Source of the DNA: Alphaproteobacteria bacterium
GTDB taxonomy: Bacteria; Pseudomonadota; Alphaproteobacteria; Reyranellales; Reyranellaceae
Direction of reading: 5' to 3'
Assembly: GCA_026126245.1 (NCBI GenBank)
Contig: JAHCJT010000001.1
Location: 11,511 to 75,510 of the forward strand
Length of the DNA stretch: 64,000 nucleotides
Shown: piece by piece, positions 37,270-47,042 of the stretch
How the letters are laid out: each line of letters starts with the position of its first letter
How positions within the stretch are numbered: position 1 is the stretch's first letter
The notes under the pieces: model-generated
The model's database searches: none
What the model was told of the DNA's origin: nothing
What the model saw: only the letters and a program-made list of their open reading frames with translations
Program-made: the position numbers and the translations under genes

Positions 37270-38385
37270 CTAGGCCGCCTTCTTCGTTACCATGTCGATG
37301 ACCCGGGCGCGGTGGACGCGGGCACCGCCGAACAGCTCGGCGTTGGCGCGGGCCCGCTTGTAGTAGAGATGGTTCTTCATCTCCCAGGTAAATCCGATAG
37401 CGCCGAAGATCTGGATGCTGCGATGCGCCGCCGAAACGTAGGCATCGCAGCAATATGCCTTGGCCATCGCCGCCGCCACCGGGCCGCGTGCGTTGTCCTC
37501 CGACAGCGCCCAGGCGGCGTAGAGCATGGCGGTGTTGGCGCATTCCGACAGTCCCAGCATGTCGGCCAGGCCGTGCTTGATCGCCTGGTAGGCGCCGATC
37601 GGCCGGCCGAACGCCGTGCGTTCCTTGGCGTAGTCGGTTGTCATCTCCAAGACGCGCTGCGTACCGGCGGCGCTCTCGACCGCCAGCGCGAAGAGAATCC
37701 GATCGCGCAACCAGGGCCACAATGTCGCATCATCGGCTGTCAGCGGTTCGGCCACGGCGTCCTTGAACCGCACGTCGCAGACCTCGCGGGTCACGTCGCG
37801 CCACGGCAAGGCGTCGACCCGCACCGCGTCCTGGCGGGCGTCGACCAGATAGAACGCGCGCTGGCCGCCGTCTTGCGCCGCGACCACCAGCCAGTCGGCA
37901 CTGGCGGCGTCAATCACGAACGACTTCACGCCGGTCAGGCGCCAGCCGCCAGCAGAGCGCACCGCGACGGCTTCGCGTCCGGGCGCATCGGTCGTGCCGT
38001 TGGACTCGGCGATGGCCAGTGCCAGCCTGGCTTTGCCGGCCGCGACGTCCGGCAGGACGCGCGCCTGCTGTGCGGCGCTGCCGCCCTTCTGGATCGCCCA
38101 CGTACCGAACAGCGTGCCCAAGAAAGGGCTGGGCGCCAGGCTGCGACCCATCTCGCCCAACACCATCGCCAGATCGATGCACGACAGGCCCGAGCCGCCA
38201 TGTGCCTCCTCGATCACTAGGCCCGGCCAGCCCATGGCGGCGATCTTGGCCCAGTTGCCGGCATAGTCGGCGTCGGCCACGGTCGCGCCCGGCACCAGCA
38301 CACGGCCCAGCGAGATTTCCTTCTCCACAAAGGTGCGCGCCGACTGCTGCAGCACCTGATGGTCGTCGCTCAGCGCGAAATTCAT
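37270..38385 (-). CDS. Acyl-CoA dehydrogenase (short subunit of heteromeric pair)
   Basis: MNFALSDDH after GAGG RBS, LGEMGRSLAP, RTAFGRPIGAYQAIKH, GAIGFTWE. Confidence 0.93.
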   Translation of the reverse strand: MNFALSDDHQVLQQSARTFVEKEISLGRVLVPGATVADADYAGNWAKIAAMGWPGLVIEEAHGGSGLSCIDLAMVLGEMGRSLAPSPFLGTLFGTWAIQKGGSAAQQARVLPDVAAGKARLALAIAESNGTTDAPGREAVAVRSAGGWRLTGVKSFVIDAASADWLVVAAQDGGQRAFYLVDARQDAVRVDALPWRDVTREVCDVRFKDAVAEPLTADDATLWPWLRDRILFALAVESAAGTQRVLEMTTDYAKERTAFGRPIGAYQAIKHGLADMLGLSECANTAMLYAAWALSEDNARGPVAAAMAKAYCCDAYVSAAHRSIQIFGAIGFTWEMKNHLYYKRARANAELFGGARVHRARVIDMVTKKAA

Positions 38386-38395
38386 CCCCGCCTCC

Positions 38396-39580
38396 TCAGC
38401 CGCCCTTGCGGCGGGTTTCGGACCACGGCTCCCGCGCCGTCGGATCAAGTTCGCGCGGCATGCCCAGCACACGCTCGGCGACCACGTTCTTGAGGATCTC
38501 CTGCGTGCCGACACCCAAGGTGACCGCCGGGCTGAACCAGAACGCGTAGTCCCAGTCGTCGAACGGCCCGTCCCCGCTGAGCTGCGTCGGGAAGGGCTGC
38601 TCGCCGGCGATCAGGCCACGTGCCCCCTGGGCGCGCTTGGCCAGATCCAGCACGCGCTGGCCGTGCGGCGCCGCCAGCATCTTGCGAATGGCGCCTTCCG
38701 GTCCCGGGGTGCGCGCATTCATGCGGTCGCTGAGCGCGCGGTAGGCCAGCAGCCGCAGGATCTCGCCCTCGACATAGATCTCGGCCGCCTCGTCGCGCAG
38801 CGCCGCATCGGCCAACGCGCCGGTCTCCGCCAGTCCTTCGACCAGGTCGCGTGCCGACGGACCACTGCCCCAGATCGCGCCGGGCTTGGACAAGGCGACC
38901 CGTTCGGTCTGCAGCTGGATCATGCTCAGTGCCCAGCCTTCGCCCTCCTTGCCCAGCAGCCGGTCGGCAGGCACACGCACCTCGTCGAGAAACACCTCGT
39001 TGTATTCGTTCTCGTGGCCCGACATGTCGATGATCGGCCGCACCGAGACGCCGGGGCTGTCCATGTCGACCAGAAACTGCGACAGGCCCTGGTGCTTGGG
39101 CAGGTCGGGCTGGGTGCGCGCCACCAGCACGCCAACCTTCGCCTCGTGCGCCAGCGAGGTCCAGATCTTGTGGCCCTTCACGACATAGTGGTCGCCCTCG
39201 CGCCGCGCCGTGGTGCGCAGCGCGCCCAGATCCGAGCCGCCCGACGGCTCGCTGAACAGCATGCACCACACGCTCTCACCCGACAGCGCCGACGGCAGAA
39301 ATTTCTGGCGCTGCGCCTCGCTGCCATGGGTCAGCAGCGACTGCGCGCAATTGTTGATGGCGACCGGATTTCGCGGCGCCGTGACGCCGGCACGCTTCAT
39401 CTCCTCGTCGATGATCAGCTGAAGCTCCGGATCAGCGGCCAGACCCCACGGCCGCGGCCAGTGCGGCACGACATAGCCGGCGCGCGCCAGATCGGCGCCG
39501 CTGGGATGCGGATTCGCCTCGAACCAGGACCGCACCGCCTGGCGCTTCGGATGGTCCTCACCCGGCAGCTCGAAGTCCAT
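38396..39580 (-). CDS. Acyl-CoA dehydrogenase (probable catalytic subunit of heteromeric pair)
   Basis: WCMLFSEPSGGSDLG, KIWTS, LQTER, GTQEILKNVVAERVLG; GGAGG RBS. Confidence 0.93.
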   Translation of the reverse strand: MDFELPGEDHPKRQAVRSWFEANPHPSGADLARAGYVVPHWPRPWGLAADPELQLIIDEEMKRAGVTAPRNPVAINNCAQSLLTHGSEAQRQKFLPSALSGESVWCMLFSEPSGGSDLGALRTTARREGDHYVVKGHKIWTSLAHEAKVGVLVARTQPDLPKHQGLSQFLVDMDSPGVSVRPIIDMSGHENEYNEVFLDEVRVPADRLLGKEGEGWALSMIQLQTERVALSKPGAIWGSGPSARDLVEGLAETGALADAALRDEAAEIYVEGEILRLLAYRALSDRMNARTPGPEGAIRKMLAAPHGQRVLDLAKRAQGARGLIAGEQPFPTQLSGDGPFDDWDYAFWFSPAVTLGVGTQEILKNVVAERVLGMPRELDPTAREPWSETRRKGG

Positions 39581-39652
39581 GGCGTCCTCCCGTTGCGGCG
39601 CGTCGTTGCTTGACGAGTAGCTGCCCGCCGATTTGCGAGTCAATCAAAATAA

Positions 39653-39666
39653 CGAACAAGTGTTAG
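39653..39666. promoter_or_regulatory. Putative TetR operator, copy 3, between divergent promoters
   Basis: CGAACAAGTGTTAG within a ~35-bp block nearly identical (inverted) to 33211-33248. Confidence 0.75.
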
Positions 39667-39782
39667 ATTCTTGTGGCAGCGCCGGCTTCGCGGCTATAGT
39701 GCGGCCGGCACGACCTTGCCGACCGCGGACCTGACGCCGACGGTATAGTGTCTCAACCGCCAATGCTGTCGGACAGGACCGC

Positions 39783-41000
39783 GTGAACGACCCGCTCATC
39801 ATCATCGGCGCCGGACAGGCCGCCGACCAGATCGTGGCCAGCCTGGCGCAGAACGGCTACAAGGCGCCGATCGTCGTCATCGGCGAGGAGCCGCACCCGC
39901 CCTACCAGCGCCCACCGCTGTCCAAGAAGTTTCTGGCTGGCGAGATGGCGGTTGACCGGCTGTATCTCAAGCCGGCCGCGTTCTATGACAAGGCCGGCGC
40001 CAGCCTCATGCTGGACAGGCGCGTGACCAATATCGATCGCGCAACGCGTACGGTCGTCACGGGGACCGACGCCCGCCTCAACTATGCGACCCTGGTGATC
40101 GCCACCGGCAGCCGGCCGCGCCGGATAGCGCTGCCGGGCACGGACCTCGATGGCGTGCTCTACCTGCGCACCATCGCCGACGTACAGGCGATCCATTCGC
40201 GCTTCCAGCCCGGCAAGCGCCTGGTGATCGTCGGCGGCGGCTATATCGGGCTCGAGCTGGCAGCCGTCGCCGTCAAGCATGGCCTCGACGTGACTGTCTT
40301 GGAGCAAGTGCCGCGCCTGATGGCGCGCGGCGTCGGTCCGGTGGTTTCCAACTTCTATGCCCGGCTTCATGCGCGTCACGGCGTCAAAGTCCACCTTTCG
40401 ACGGCAGTCACAGGTTTCGAGGGCGCCGGCCGAGTCGAACGCGTCGCATGTGCCGATAGCCATCACGCAGCCGATCTCGTCGTGATCGGGGTTGGGGCCG
40501 TGCCCAATGTGGAGCTGGCAGCACAGGCCGGGCTGGCGGTCGACGACGGCATCGTCGTCGATGACCAGTGCCGCACGGCCGATCCGGCCGTCTACGCCAT
40601 CGGCGATTGCGCCAGCCAGATGCAGCCGCTTGCTGGCCGCCGATTGCGGCTGGAGTCCGTGGACAACGCTCTCAGCCAGGCCAAGGCGGCAGCGGCCGCC
40701 ATCTGCGGCCGGCCGTTGCCGCCGCCGCAGACGCCGTGGTTCTGGTCCGACCAGTACAACGTCAAACTGCAGATGGCCGGCCTTTCGGCGGGTCACGACG
40801 AGGCCGTCGTGCGCGGTGATCCTGAAAGCGGGACCTCGTTCGCGGTGTTCTACCTGCGCGACGCCCGTCTGATCGCGGTCGACGCCGTCAATCGCGTGCC
40901 GGAATTCATGGCCTCGCGACAGCTCATCGCCCAGGCGGCACGCCCGCCGGCCGACCGCCTGCGCAACGAAGGAATCGCCATGAAGGACATTTGCGGCTAG
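39783..41000 (+). CDS. Ferredoxin reductase (putidaredoxin reductase-like)
   Basis: PYQRPPLSK, ATGS, GGGYIGLE, AIGDC, RLES, PWFWSDQY. Confidence 0.95.
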   Translation: MNDPLIIIGAGQAADQIVASLAQNGYKAPIVVIGEEPHPPYQRPPLSKKFLAGEMAVDRLYLKPAAFYDKAGASLMLDRRVTNIDRATRTVVTGTDARLNYATLVIATGSRPRRIALPGTDLDGVLYLRTIADVQAIHSRFQPGKRLVIVGGGYIGLELAAVAVKHGLDVTVLEQVPRLMARGVGPVVSNFYARLHARHGVKVHLSTAVTGFEGAGRVERVACADSHHAADLVVIGVGAVPNVELAAQAGLAVDDGIVVDDQCRTADPAVYAIGDCASQMQPLAGRRLRLESVDNALSQAKAAAAAICGRPLPPPQTPWFWSDQYNVKLQMAGLSAGHDEAVVRGDPESGTSFAVFYLRDARLIAVDAVNRVPEFMASRQLIAQAARPPADRLRNEGIAMKDICG

Positions 41001-41036
41001 GCAGGGGGCATACAGCGAGACGACCAGGAAGGGAGC

Positions 41037-41357
41037 ATGGCCAAGATTACCTTTCGCGAAGCCGGCGGCAGCGAGCACACGATCGAGATCGACAACGGTC
41101 TGTCGCTTATGGAAGGCGCCGTCCGCAACATGGTGCCAGGCATTGACGCCGACTGTGGCGGCGCCTGCTCGTGCGCCACCTGCATGGTGTACGTGCCGCC
41201 AGAATGGGCCGACCGCCTGCCGGCCAAGGAGTCGAGCGAAGAGGCGATGCTGCAGTTCTGCCCGCATGCCACCGCCGAGTCCCGGTTGTCGTGCCAGATC
41301 ACGGTGAGCGATGCGCTGGATGGACTACGGGTCACCGTCCCTGAAAGCCAGCACTGA
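41037..41357 (+). CDS. [2Fe-2S] ferredoxin, putidaredoxin/adrenodoxin type
   Basis: [10 protein letters not shown]...SRLSCQ. Confidence 0.95.
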   Translation: MAKITFREAGGSEHTIEIDNGLSLMEGAVRNMVPGIDADCGGACSCATCMVYVPPEWADRLPAKESSEEAMLQFCPHATAESRLSCQITVSDALDGLRVTVPESQH

Positions 41358-41470
41358 GATGATGGATATGCCGGCGCATGCCCGTCTGGCCTGTCGACGG
41401 AAATTGGCGGTCATGCGCCACGGCGCGGTTGACGACACGATCGCGGCAGCAGAAGCTGGCCACAACGAAT

Positions 41471-41484
41471 CTACCAACTGTTAG
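41471..41484. promoter_or_regulatory. Putative TetR operator, copy 4
   Basis: CTACCAACTGTTAG, 9 bp before ATG at 41494; TTGACG-N17-GAAGCT upstream. Confidence 0.75.
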
Positions 41485-41493
41485 GAAACGCCC

Positions 41494-42531
41494 ATGGCCG
41501 AGATACTGATGCTCGGGATATCCCACTACCCGCCGCTGACCGGCCCCGACGAGCGCATGTCGTGGATCCTCAAGCGGATGTTGCAGAATCCGCGCCTGCC
41601 CGAGGAGCTGAAGACCCCGGCGGGCTGGCCGGAGCCGATGCGCGCCGAATGGGGAAACGACGAAGGCACGTCGTCCGCGGCACGTCACCGCGCCGACCTC
41701 GTCGGCTGGATGAACAAGACCCGCGCCGCGCTCGACGCCTTCAATCCCGATTTCGTCCTGATCTGGGGCGACGACCAGTACGAGAATTTCCGCGAAGACG
41801 TGGTGCCGCCCTACTGCATCTGCGCCCACGACAGTTTCCAGTTCAAGTCGCCGCCCGGCAATATCTGGGGCGAGACCGACAAGACCTTCGACCTGCCGGG
41901 ACACCCGGCGGCCGCCAAGATGCTGGCCACGCGCCTGATCGAGGACGGCTTCGACACCGCCTACTCATACAAGCCGCTGCATCATCCGCTGGGACACGCC
42001 TTCACCAACGCGGTGATGTATCTCGACTACGCCCGCAAGGGGTTCACCTACCCCGTCATTCCGTTCGCCGTGAATTGCTACGGCCGGCGCGTCATCGCCC
42101 AGCGCGGCGGCCTGCCGGTGTTCGACCGGGTGGTGACCGACGCCGAGCTGGATCCGCCGGCGCCCACGCCGCGACGGCTGTTCGATCTCGGCGCGGCGAC
42201 GGCGCGGATCCTTGCCGAGTCGCCTTATCGCGTGGCGCTGCTGGCGTCATCGGGCTGGTCGCACGCCTTCCTGACCGCCAAGAACTATTTCCTCTATCCC
42301 GACACGCCCGCCGACCGGCACATGTACGACGCGCTGCGGTCTGGCGATTATCCGACGTGGCGGAACTATTCGGGCACTGCCGTTGAGGACAGCGGCCAAC
42401 AGGAAATCCTGAACTGGATGTGCCTCGCGGGCGCGATGAAAGAGCTGGGTCGCAAGCCGAAAGAGACCGGCTTCGTTGACACCTGGATCTTCAATTCCTC
42501 GAAGGTCTTCCTGGTCGCGCCGCCGCACTGA
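41494..42531 (+). CDS. LigB-like (type II extradiol dioxygenase family) protein
   Basis: GISHYP, PDFVLIWGDDQYENF, LGHAF, ASSGWSH, SGQQEILNW. Confidence 0.85.
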   Translation: MAEILMLGISHYPPLTGPDERMSWILKRMLQNPRLPEELKTPAGWPEPMRAEWGNDEGTSSAARHRADLVGWMNKTRAALDAFNPDFVLIWGDDQYENFREDVVPPYCICAHDSFQFKSPPGNIWGETDKTFDLPGHPAAAKMLATRLIEDGFDTAYSYKPLHHPLGHAFTNAVMYLDYARKGFTYPVIPFAVNCYGRRVIAQRGGLPVFDRVVTDAELDPPAPTPRRLFDLGAATARILAESPYRVALLASSGWSHAFLTAKNYFLYPDTPADRHMYDALRSGDYPTWRNYSGTAVEDSGQQEILNWMCLAGAMKELGRKPKETGFVDTWIFNSSKVFLVAPPH

Positions 42532-42566
42532 CCGCGCGCAGTCCCATCTCTGCGGGAACGACGGGC

Positions 42567-43388
42567 ATGAAGCTCAAGGACCGGGTGGCGATCGTCACCG
42601 GCACAAGCCCCAATATCGGCGGCGGTATCGCCGAGGGTCTCGCCGCCGAAGGCGCAATGATCGTGGCGGTCGACGCAAACGCGGCCAACGCCACCGACTG
42701 CGCCAACTATCTCAACCGCAACGGCAGTCGGGCGATCGCCGTTACCTGCGACGTCACGGACGAGGGCCAAGTCGAAGCGTCGGTGCAGGCCGCGCTCGCG
42801 GCGTTCGGCCAAGTCGACATCCTCGTCAACAACGCCGCCTTCTTCAACAAGAAGGGCGTCATCGACATGTCCTACGAGGAGTGGTCGCGCCAGACCGGCG
42901 TCATCCTCGATGGCGCCTTCCTGTTCACCAAGCACGCCTGCAAGGCGATGATCGCGCGCGGCGCCGGCGGCGTCGTCATCAACATCATCTCGACGGCGGG
43001 CCACCAGGGCGAGCCGGGCAATATCGCCTACTGCACCTCCAAGTGCGGCCTGATCAACTTCACCCGGTCGGCGGCCATGGAGCTGGTGGGACACGGCATC
43101 CGTGTCAACAGCCTGACGCCGACCGCGACAGACCCGGCGGAATCCTTCGAGCGGGCGGCGCGCTGGGGGCGCAGCGTCACCCGGCCGCGCAGCCTGGATC
43201 GTGTGATGGCGCCGTTCCGCACCCGCGTTCCCATGCAGAAGCTGCCGGTGCCGAGCGACTACGGCCGCGCCGCCGCCTTTCTGGCCTCGGACGATGCCGG
43301 CATGATCACCGGGACTGACCTTCGCGTCGATGCCGGCGCGGTGGCGCGCTATTGGGCCTGGGAACCCGGCGTCACGCCAGCCCAGTGA
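42567..43388 (+). CDS. SDR family oxidoreductase
   Basis: VTGTSPNIG, DILVNNA, YCTSK, IRVN. Confidence 0.93.
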   Translation: MKLKDRVAIVTGTSPNIGGGIAEGLAAEGAMIVAVDANAANATDCANYLNRNGSRAIAVTCDVTDEGQVEASVQAALAAFGQVDILVNNAAFFNKKGVIDMSYEEWSRQTGVILDGAFLFTKHACKAMIARGAGGVVINIISTAGHQGEPGNIAYCTSKCGLINFTRSAAMELVGHGIRVNSLTPTATDPAESFERAARWGRSVTRPRSLDRVMAPFRTRVPMQKLPVPSDYGRAAAFLASDDAGMITGTDLRVDAGAVARYWAWEPGVTPAQ

Positions 43389-43551
43389 GGTCGGCCGTCC
43401 GGGCCCTCGCCCGGGGCACTGAGCGGTTGCCGCCGGACATGGCTCGCACCGCTCGCGACCGGCCGCACATCGGCACGCCAACCCGGGCGGGTTTGGTGTG
43501 GTGTCCAGCGGTCGAGGGACGACAGATTAGACGGTCGCGACGCCGGCGCCG

Positions 43552-45552
43552 CTAGGCCGCGATCAGAGTCGATCGAGTCCGGCCGGCTTCCTTCGGCACG
43601 GCGACGGCTGGCAGGTAGATCCAGAAAGTCGTGCCCTGCCCAACCTCGCTCTTGAGGCTGATGAAGCCGCCGGACTGATGGACGAAGCCGTGCACCATGG
43701 CAAGACCCAGACCGGTGCCCTTGCCGTCGCTCTTGGTGGTGAAGAACGGTTCGAAGATCCGTGCCTGAACCTCGGGCGGCATGCCCAACCCTGTGTCGCT
43801 CACGCCAATTTCGATCCATTGGCCCACGCGCAGGTCGGGACGGGCGTCGACGTCCGCCGGCGTCAGCACGCGATTGCGCGCCGTGAGCGTGACAGTGCCG
43901 CCGGCCGGCATGGCGTCGCGGGCGTTTACCGTCAGGTTCAGCAGTGCCGTCTCGAGTCCCGTGCGATCGATACGGCAGAGACGCAGATCCCCGGCAATGT
44001 CCAGCCGCAGCGGAATGCGCCGAGACAGCGCCGTGCGCAGCAAGGTCGCAAACTCTTCAAGCAGCGGGCCGATCGACGTCTCCGTCGGCTTTAGCGGCCG
44101 CCGGCGGGCAAATGTCATAAGGCGCGAGATCAGGTCAGCGCCCCGCACGCCAGCGGCCAGCGCCGACGCCAGCAGCGCTCGAGCCTCGGACTCCTCAGGC
44201 AATATCTCCGTCGCATGCTCGATCTTCATGGTCATGATCGAGAGGATATTGTTGAAGTCGTGGGCAATGCCGCCGGTGAGCTGGCCGACTGCCTCCAACC
44301 GCTGCGACTGACGCTGGCGCTCTTCGGCCGCGATGCGCTCGGTGATGTCGCGACCGATAAAGAAATGGTACTGATCGGCCGCTGACCAGACGCCGATCCA
44401 CGACAGTGGCACGACGCGGCCGTCCTTGCCGACGTAGCGGCAATCAAAAGCGCTCGGCGCGTTGCCAAGTCGCGCCAGGCGCATCTCGTTGCGCACGGCG
44501 GCGAGGTCGTCCTTGTGTACGAACCCGATCCCGCTGCGTCCGACCATTTCTTCCGGTCGATAGCCGAGGACATTGAGCGCGCTGGGGCTGACCAGAACCA
44601 GCCGTCCCTTGCGGTCGGTGACGAGGATCAGATCCGGCGACGTTTCGAACAGGCGTTGGTTGACGGCGCGCGCCAGCTCTTCGGCCCGCTGCCGCGTAAT
44701 ATCCGTGCCGGTACCGCGATAGCCCAGGAACCGGCCATCGTCGTCGAAATACGGCCGGCCGTTCAGCCGGAACACCCGGTGCTCGCCCTGGTCTGTTTCC
44801 GCCTCGTATTCGAAGCCGCGGAACTCGCGCCGGGCGTCGAGATCGGCGATGTGATCGGCCCATGTGCCGTGCAACGGCCTGGATTTGACAAACTCCCAGC
44901 GCCGCCTGCCGATGCCCGCTGGCGCAATGCCTGTCATGGACATCAATCCGGACGTCAGGTCGACCAGCCGATGCTCGGAGTCGGTTTCCCACACCCAGTC
45001 GGACGACACCTCGGCCAGATCCCGGAATCGCTCGGCGGCCGCCGCCAGGCGTTGCGACATGCGCCGGCTTTCCAGCTCCGCCTCGACAAGGCGTCCGAGC
45101 GCCTCGAGGCCGGCAAAGCGATCCGGCGACAGATCGGCGCGTGGACGGGTATCGAGGACGGAGATTGCGCCGAGCGGATGGCGGTCAGCCGAAAAAATCG
45201 GCGCCGTGGCAAAGAAGCGGATGTTCGGACTGCCGGTGACAAGAGGATGCTTGCGCAGACGAGCGGTCCGACCGGCGTCGCGGACAACCTCTACCTTGCC
45301 GCTCTTGAACGCGGCCTCAGACAATGCCCAGGTTCTCGGCTTTCCGGCCGCTTTGACGCCAAATCTCGCTTTGAACCACACCCGATCGGCGTCAATGAAC
45401 GAGATGACCGCCATGGGTGTGCCGAACATCCTGGCGGCGAGCTGGACGATGCGATCGAACTGCGGCTCGGAACCGGTATCGAGAATGTCGTAGCGATGCA
45501 GCGCCGCGAGACGTTCGGCTTCGCTGGTCAGAGTGGCGGCGGTGGGTTGCAT
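43552..45552 (-). CDS. Cytoplasmic GAF-PAS-PAS histidine kinase
   Basis: ERLAALHRYDILDT GAF, DWVWETD PAS, GGIAHDFNNIL, NARDAMP, FEPFFTTK, GTGLGL; no receiver domain. Confidence 0.95.
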   Translation of the reverse strand: MQPTAATLTSEAERLAALHRYDILDTGSEPQFDRIVQLAARMFGTPMAVISFIDADRVWFKARFGVKAAGKPRTWALSEAAFKSGKVEVVRDAGRTARLRKHPLVTGSPNIRFFATAPIFSADRHPLGAISVLDTRPRADLSPDRFAGLEALGRLVEAELESRRMSQRLAAAAERFRDLAEVSSDWVWETDSEHRLVDLTSGLMSMTGIAPAGIGRRRWEFVKSRPLHGTWADHIADLDARREFRGFEYEAETDQGEHRVFRLNGRPYFDDDGRFLGYRGTGTDITRQRAEELARAVNQRLFETSPDLILVTDRKGRLVLVSPSALNVLGYRPEEMVGRSGIGFVHKDDLAAVRNEMRLARLGNAPSAFDCRYVGKDGRVVPLSWIGVWSAADQYHFFIGRDITERIAAEERQRQSQRLEAVGQLTGGIAHDFNNILSIMTMKIEHATEILPEESEARALLASALAAGVRGADLISRLMTFARRRPLKPTETSIGPLLEEFATLLRTALSRRIPLRLDIAGDLRLCRIDRTGLETALLNLTVNARDAMPAGGTVTLTARNRVLTPADVDARPDLRVGQWIEIGVSDTGLGMPPEVQARIFEPFFTTKSDGKGTGLGLAMVHGFVHQSGGFISLKSEVGQGTTFWIYLPAVAVPKEAGRTRSTLIAA

Positions 45553-46052
45553 TACTTTTCTCAGCTTATCATATTCTTACCGGATTCCTTTCACTATCGA
45601 AGGGTGATATCGACCTCAGGCCATTGAAGTTCCCTGTATGTGATAGAAAAAATTTCGAAACCTATTCACTATGTGAATAATTCACTCTAACTCACTGTTG
45701 TAGAATGTAAAATTTTACAGAGATTGGAAGCCGGAGCGTTCGCGCGATTGGCGCCTTTTAGGGCACAAAGCACCGCCAGCTTGGCCAGCGCCGGATTGTC
45801 AGTGATCAGCACCGTGACAACCGACGCACCGCCAGCCCGAAATAAAGAGCACAAAATCAAAGGCCTAGCGACGACCGGCAGCGACGATCCGGATCGCGAT
45901 CACGACCACCTGCGTTTGAGTCGGTGAAAACGGTTCGAATCGGACCTCACGTGCGCGGACAGGACGCGCGCCCGCCCGCCGCACCGCACCGCCAGTCACG
46001 GCGGCCAGACCGGCCGGGTCAACCACTCGCCGCCCCGGCCGGCACCGCTCGG

Positions 46053-46775
46053 CTAGGCCTTCCCCCCGCGCGCCTTCTTCCACGCCTCATAGTCGCGCTT
46101 GGCCTCGTCGCCGGCAGCCGGGAACAGGCCTTTCAGGGAACGGCCGCGCGCCACTTCCGCTTCGGCGAATTCCTCGTAGCCATAGGTGGCCAGTGCCTCC
46201 TCGGCCACGGCAACGACGATCTCCGGCGGAATGACCACGACCGCGTCACGATCGCCGACGATGACGTCACCGGGATAAACCGCCACGCCACCGCAGGCGA
46301 TCGGCAGATTGAGGTCGATCGGTCGATGCGCGATCGGGCTGGGCGGCGAGGACGGACGGCGGTGGTAAGCCGGCAGACCGGTCTTGAAGATCCCGTCGGT
46401 GTCGCGCAGGCCGCCATCGGTCACGATACCGGCGCAGCCCCGAGCCTTCAGGCGGCCGACATAGAGATCGCCGGCCGACGCCGCCCGCGAGTCACCACGC
46501 GAATCGATCATCAGGACATGACCCGGCGGGCACTCCTCCATCGCCTGTGGCTGGGTGGTGCTGCGGTTGGTCGACGTCGGGCCGTCCTTGTCCTCGCGCG
46601 ACGGAATGAAGCGCATGGTGAAGGCAATGCCGACCATCCGCGGAATCTCCGGACGGATCGGCCACACGTCGTACAGGCAGGTGCTGCGCAGGCCGCGGCG
46701 GTTGAGCACGCCGGTCAAGGTCGAGGTCCCGACGCGCGCCAATGCCTCGCGAAGTTCGGGTGTAAGGTCCGTCAT
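46053..46775 (-). CDS. RraA family / HMG aldolase-like protein
   Basis: GIAFTMRFIPSRED, GIVTDGGLRD, GGVAVYPGDVIVGDRDAVVVIP. Confidence 0.92.
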   Translation of the reverse strand: MTDLTPELREALARVGTSTLTGVLNRRGLRSTCLYDVWPIRPEIPRMVGIAFTMRFIPSREDKDGPTSTNRSTTQPQAMEECPPGHVLMIDSRGDSRAASAGDLYVGRLKARGCAGIVTDGGLRDTDGIFKTGLPAYHRRPSSPPSPIAHRPIDLNLPIACGGVAVYPGDVIVGDRDAVVVIPPEIVVAVAEEALATYGYEEFAEAEVARGRSLKGLFPAAGDEAKRDYEAWKKARGGKA

Positions 46776-47042
46776 GTGCGTTTCATCCTCCGTGTGTCAT
46801 CGACATTCTGTCACGACCCTGCGACCACACCCATAGTCCCGGCGACTGTCAACATCGCTCGATCAAGCGGCCTGTACTCTCGCCGCATGGCTGGTGGCCG
46901 ACGCACGAAACGCGTCAAGCGGAAACGGCTTGTGAAGAGATCGTATTCGCCCACAGAACGGCGCAATTGTCGCAAGCGTTGCGCAATTCCTGATTAGAGA
47001 TGAAAATCATCATCCAAACTCTCGCGCCAGAATGGGTCGATC

